From Thalia democratica (Eukaryota): a stretch of DNA of 64,000 bases. Below, in pieces: positions 61,013 through 64,000 of the stretch (positions within the stretch are counted from its first letter, which is position 1; every line of letters starts with the position of its first letter). The position numbers were made by a program, and so were the translations under genes. The stretch spans positions 28,582,001-28,646,000 of the forward strand of contig OZ241831.1 of assembly GCA_965202585.1 (NCBI GenBank), written 5' to 3'. Below the pieces are notes generated by a model. It was not told the origin of the DNA and did not search any database. It worked only from the letters and a program-made list of their open reading frames with translations.

Positions 61013-64000
61013 ATATATTTAGTTAATAACTATTTTTGTGTTACTTTTTATTTCTTAAGTTAGTTTAAACTATAAATTTGTTATGTTAAATGTATTTTAA
61101 CGTTCTCAGTTTTTAGAATTATTACTCAACTTTACTACAGCTTTATAAAGTAGTAAACATCACAAAAGACTCGATAACCGAAAGCTCTTTTTGTCGTTTA
61201 ATAAACTATAAAAGTGAAACTTTTTTATGTATCTATGTTGCTATGGCCTTTTTTGGTTGTATATGTTAATATCAAACATTTAAAATTTTTATAAGCATGT
61301 CTTAGAAATAATTAACATTTTTAATTAAGCAAAGTTTTTATTTAATAATCAAATTTTTCTTTATTTTTTCTTTCTTATTTTAGGAGTAACACAGGCTAAG
61401 TTAAAATAGTGTAATCTAAATGTGCTGGTATGTTTAGTCTTTCAAAGTATTTTTCAACTTAGTTTAATAACAACCATAGAACTTTACTATCTATTTCAAT
61501 TATTAAATAGAATGCAGAATTTAGTCAAAAAAAAGTTTTTTATCAATACTGTAATAGTGTAATGAAATACTAATTAACTGTTGTTCAACTTAGTTCAATA
61601 CTGAATAATATAGAATAAAATTACAGTTGGAGAAAATTAGTATGATATTTTTTAAACAATTTTAAGCTATATGTATACTTTAGTAAGGCGGGTAGCTGTC
61701 TAAATTGTAGGAGCGTACAAAATTGCATGAAGACACTTTTGCACGAAGGGTCACTTTTGCACGAACACACTTTTGCACGAGAAGACAATTTTGCACGGGT
61801 TAAACTTTTTTTTTTTTTTAATCAATTTATTTATTTTTTGTTATTTTTTTATTTTTTACTATCACTGCTACCCCTAACCATTGGTCAGTAAGTTTTTTAT
61901 TTTTTTGATTTTTATTTTAATTTTATTATTTTTAATCTATTATTTTTTTTTCTTTCACTGTTACCCCTAAACCTTACCCTAAGTCAGTACTTTTTTTTAT
62001 ATATTATTACTAGTTTTTTATGTTATAATTTTTATTATTTTTTATTTTTACTATCACTATTACCCCTAACCTTTACCCTCTATAGTAACTTTTTTTTCTT
62101 TTATTACTTTTAATTTTCTGTTTATTTACTTTTTTTTTTACTCTCGTGCAAAAATGTAACTCGTCCAAAATTGACCCTTAATGCAAAATCGTCTTCGTGA
62201 AATTTTGTTCCCTTGTACAATTTTGTGCCCTCATAAAAATTTGGCTTTGTGCAAATTTGGCTTCGTGGAATTTTATCTTAGTGAAATTTAGAGCCGTTTC
62301 CGAGTTGGGCAGTGACATTCATTTCTAGACCACCTTGCTGCTGCTAACATGTAGTTGTAGATATTTCTATTATTTGTTGTTTATTGTAAAGTTCTTTTTT
62401 AAGCATTGTTATTTCTTATAAGCAGTTTTTTGATTTAAATTCCAAGTAGTTTATTCTTAATTTTGTTATACTTTATTAAAGTCTAAATCTGTTAGATTTA
62501 GTTTTTGTGTAAATGTTTTGACCACATCTAAAGTGTTTTTATAAAGTATGGTGTTCATTATTTTTTAGTGTTTGATATGGTCTTTAATATAAAATATACT
62601 AACAAAATTCATGCCTAGTTTTTATAAGTAGTATCAATTAGCTTAAGTATTATTAAGTATATGTTAAGTCTGGAATATAATTATGGTTTATAGTGTGGTG
62701 TACAGTGTACACTGTACACTACACCAGTCGCATCGCGTGGTGTTTTTCTTAGGTGGTGCATAAAATTAAAAAAGAAATCCTCTTTTGGTATATACAGGTT
62801 TGCCACTCATCGAGTCAAAAAAACTCTACTGAGTCATTTTAAGATTTTTAAATTCTTGAAAAAAATTAATAAAAAATTACTTCTTTTAACAAAATATTAA
62901 AACTAAATCAACTAAAACTCATTTCAAGTGTATAAAAAACTGTCCTGTTATTTTTAAAATCTTAAAATTACCCTGACATTTTTATAAAGAATAAAAGTTT
63001 TTATGAGTCACCCTGATATTTTTAGAATGAATAATTCCTTAAGTTCTCCTGAGTACCCTAAGTGTGTGGCATGGCAACCATATAGCTCGAAAAGAAGTTT
63101 AAAATCATTTTATATACAAAGAGTTTAATTTAATCTTTAACTTTACAGAGTATTTAGATGATTATTTTTAAAAATAGATATTTACCAAGTGTAAAAACAA
63201 TTTTATTTTTGCTATACCTGAAGATAAAACTTCGCTCATAACATCTACTTTAGAATAATTTTAATGAACTTATTTCATACATCTTTAATTGAGCAACAAG
63301 TTTTCTTTTACCAAATTAGAAAGTTCATATTAACTTTTGAGATGTGGTAATTCCTACTAGGAAAGTACAAAAGAAACCTTATTAGGAAAACTAAAACAGT
63401 GAATAAATAAAACCACTAAAAACAAGTGTTGCCAATAAAACTTAAAAACCATGAAAAACCTGGAATTTGACTATTTAGGCTTAAAAACCTGGAAAACCTG
63501 AAATTTGAGAAATTTTGAAAAAGAAACCTGGAAAAACTTGAAATTTTGAACAAAAAATCACTTTAAAACCTGAAATAATTTTTACATGTTAGTGTAGAAA
63601 AATTTAGATTTGACACAAAAAATCTAGCGTATAGATAAAAATACTTTGCCATCATCAAAATTTTTTTATTAAAATACACCTTTGAAGTAGGTTTACAGTA
63701 TTTTTTCAATGCTTTTATACTGTTTAACACGGTTTTTAAACCTTAAACTTAATTTTAAACTAAAAATAGACCCAAAAATGTGTAGGTTTGAAAACCCGGA
63801 GGTAGTTTAGGAAACCTAGGGAAACGTTGTCAAAAACATTTGGCAACCCTGTAAGAATAATTCTATAACAAGTAAGTTTAATTAATTTATTTAAATATGT
63901 GACACTTTCAATTTTATAAATTCTTATATAATAAAAGTTTAAGTTATTTTTCTTAAACAGTAAAGTAAAAGTTTATTTTAAATTAAAAAAAAAATGTAAT

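Noticed and set aside
61860-62060. ccctaaccct motifs resembling telomeric TTAGGG repeats
   Set aside because: Isolated single units inside the TIR-element core, not a tandem telomeric array.

Overview
A 64 kb window of very AT-rich eukaryotic (metazoan) DNA. Composition and repeat content (Penelope-like elements, CR1-type LINE, hAT and Tc1/mariner MITEs) suggest a Hydra-like cnidarian, but that is inference. Five protein-coding genes are supported. (1) ELOF1, intronless (9121-9372). (2) A 7-exon coiled-coil gene (15202-22628, 5' end unresolved). (3) Nested antisense in its fifth reconstructed intron, an intronless GC/CpG-rich 805-aa ORF fusing a CXorf38/DUF4559-type HEPN domain with an intact RxxxxH motif (RNEMMH) to four dsRNA-binding-motif-like repeats. 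This is the most interesting item, a candidate single-chain dsRNA-sensing ribonuclease. (4) An orphan 245-aa ORF (28200-28937), with a pseudogenised copy in a large inverted duplication. (5) A 5-exon, 338-aa protein made of four divergent ubiquitin-like domains (42947-46246). The non-coding DNA holds minimal type I hammerhead ribozymes: a 328-nt retrozyme-like tandem/inverted repeat split by a Buster-type hAT insertion with an 8-bp TSD, and one at the 3' end of a Penelope GIY-YIG fragment. It also holds many TE relics. No rRNA, tRNA or CRISPR array was seen. All calls were made by eye; no database searches were run.
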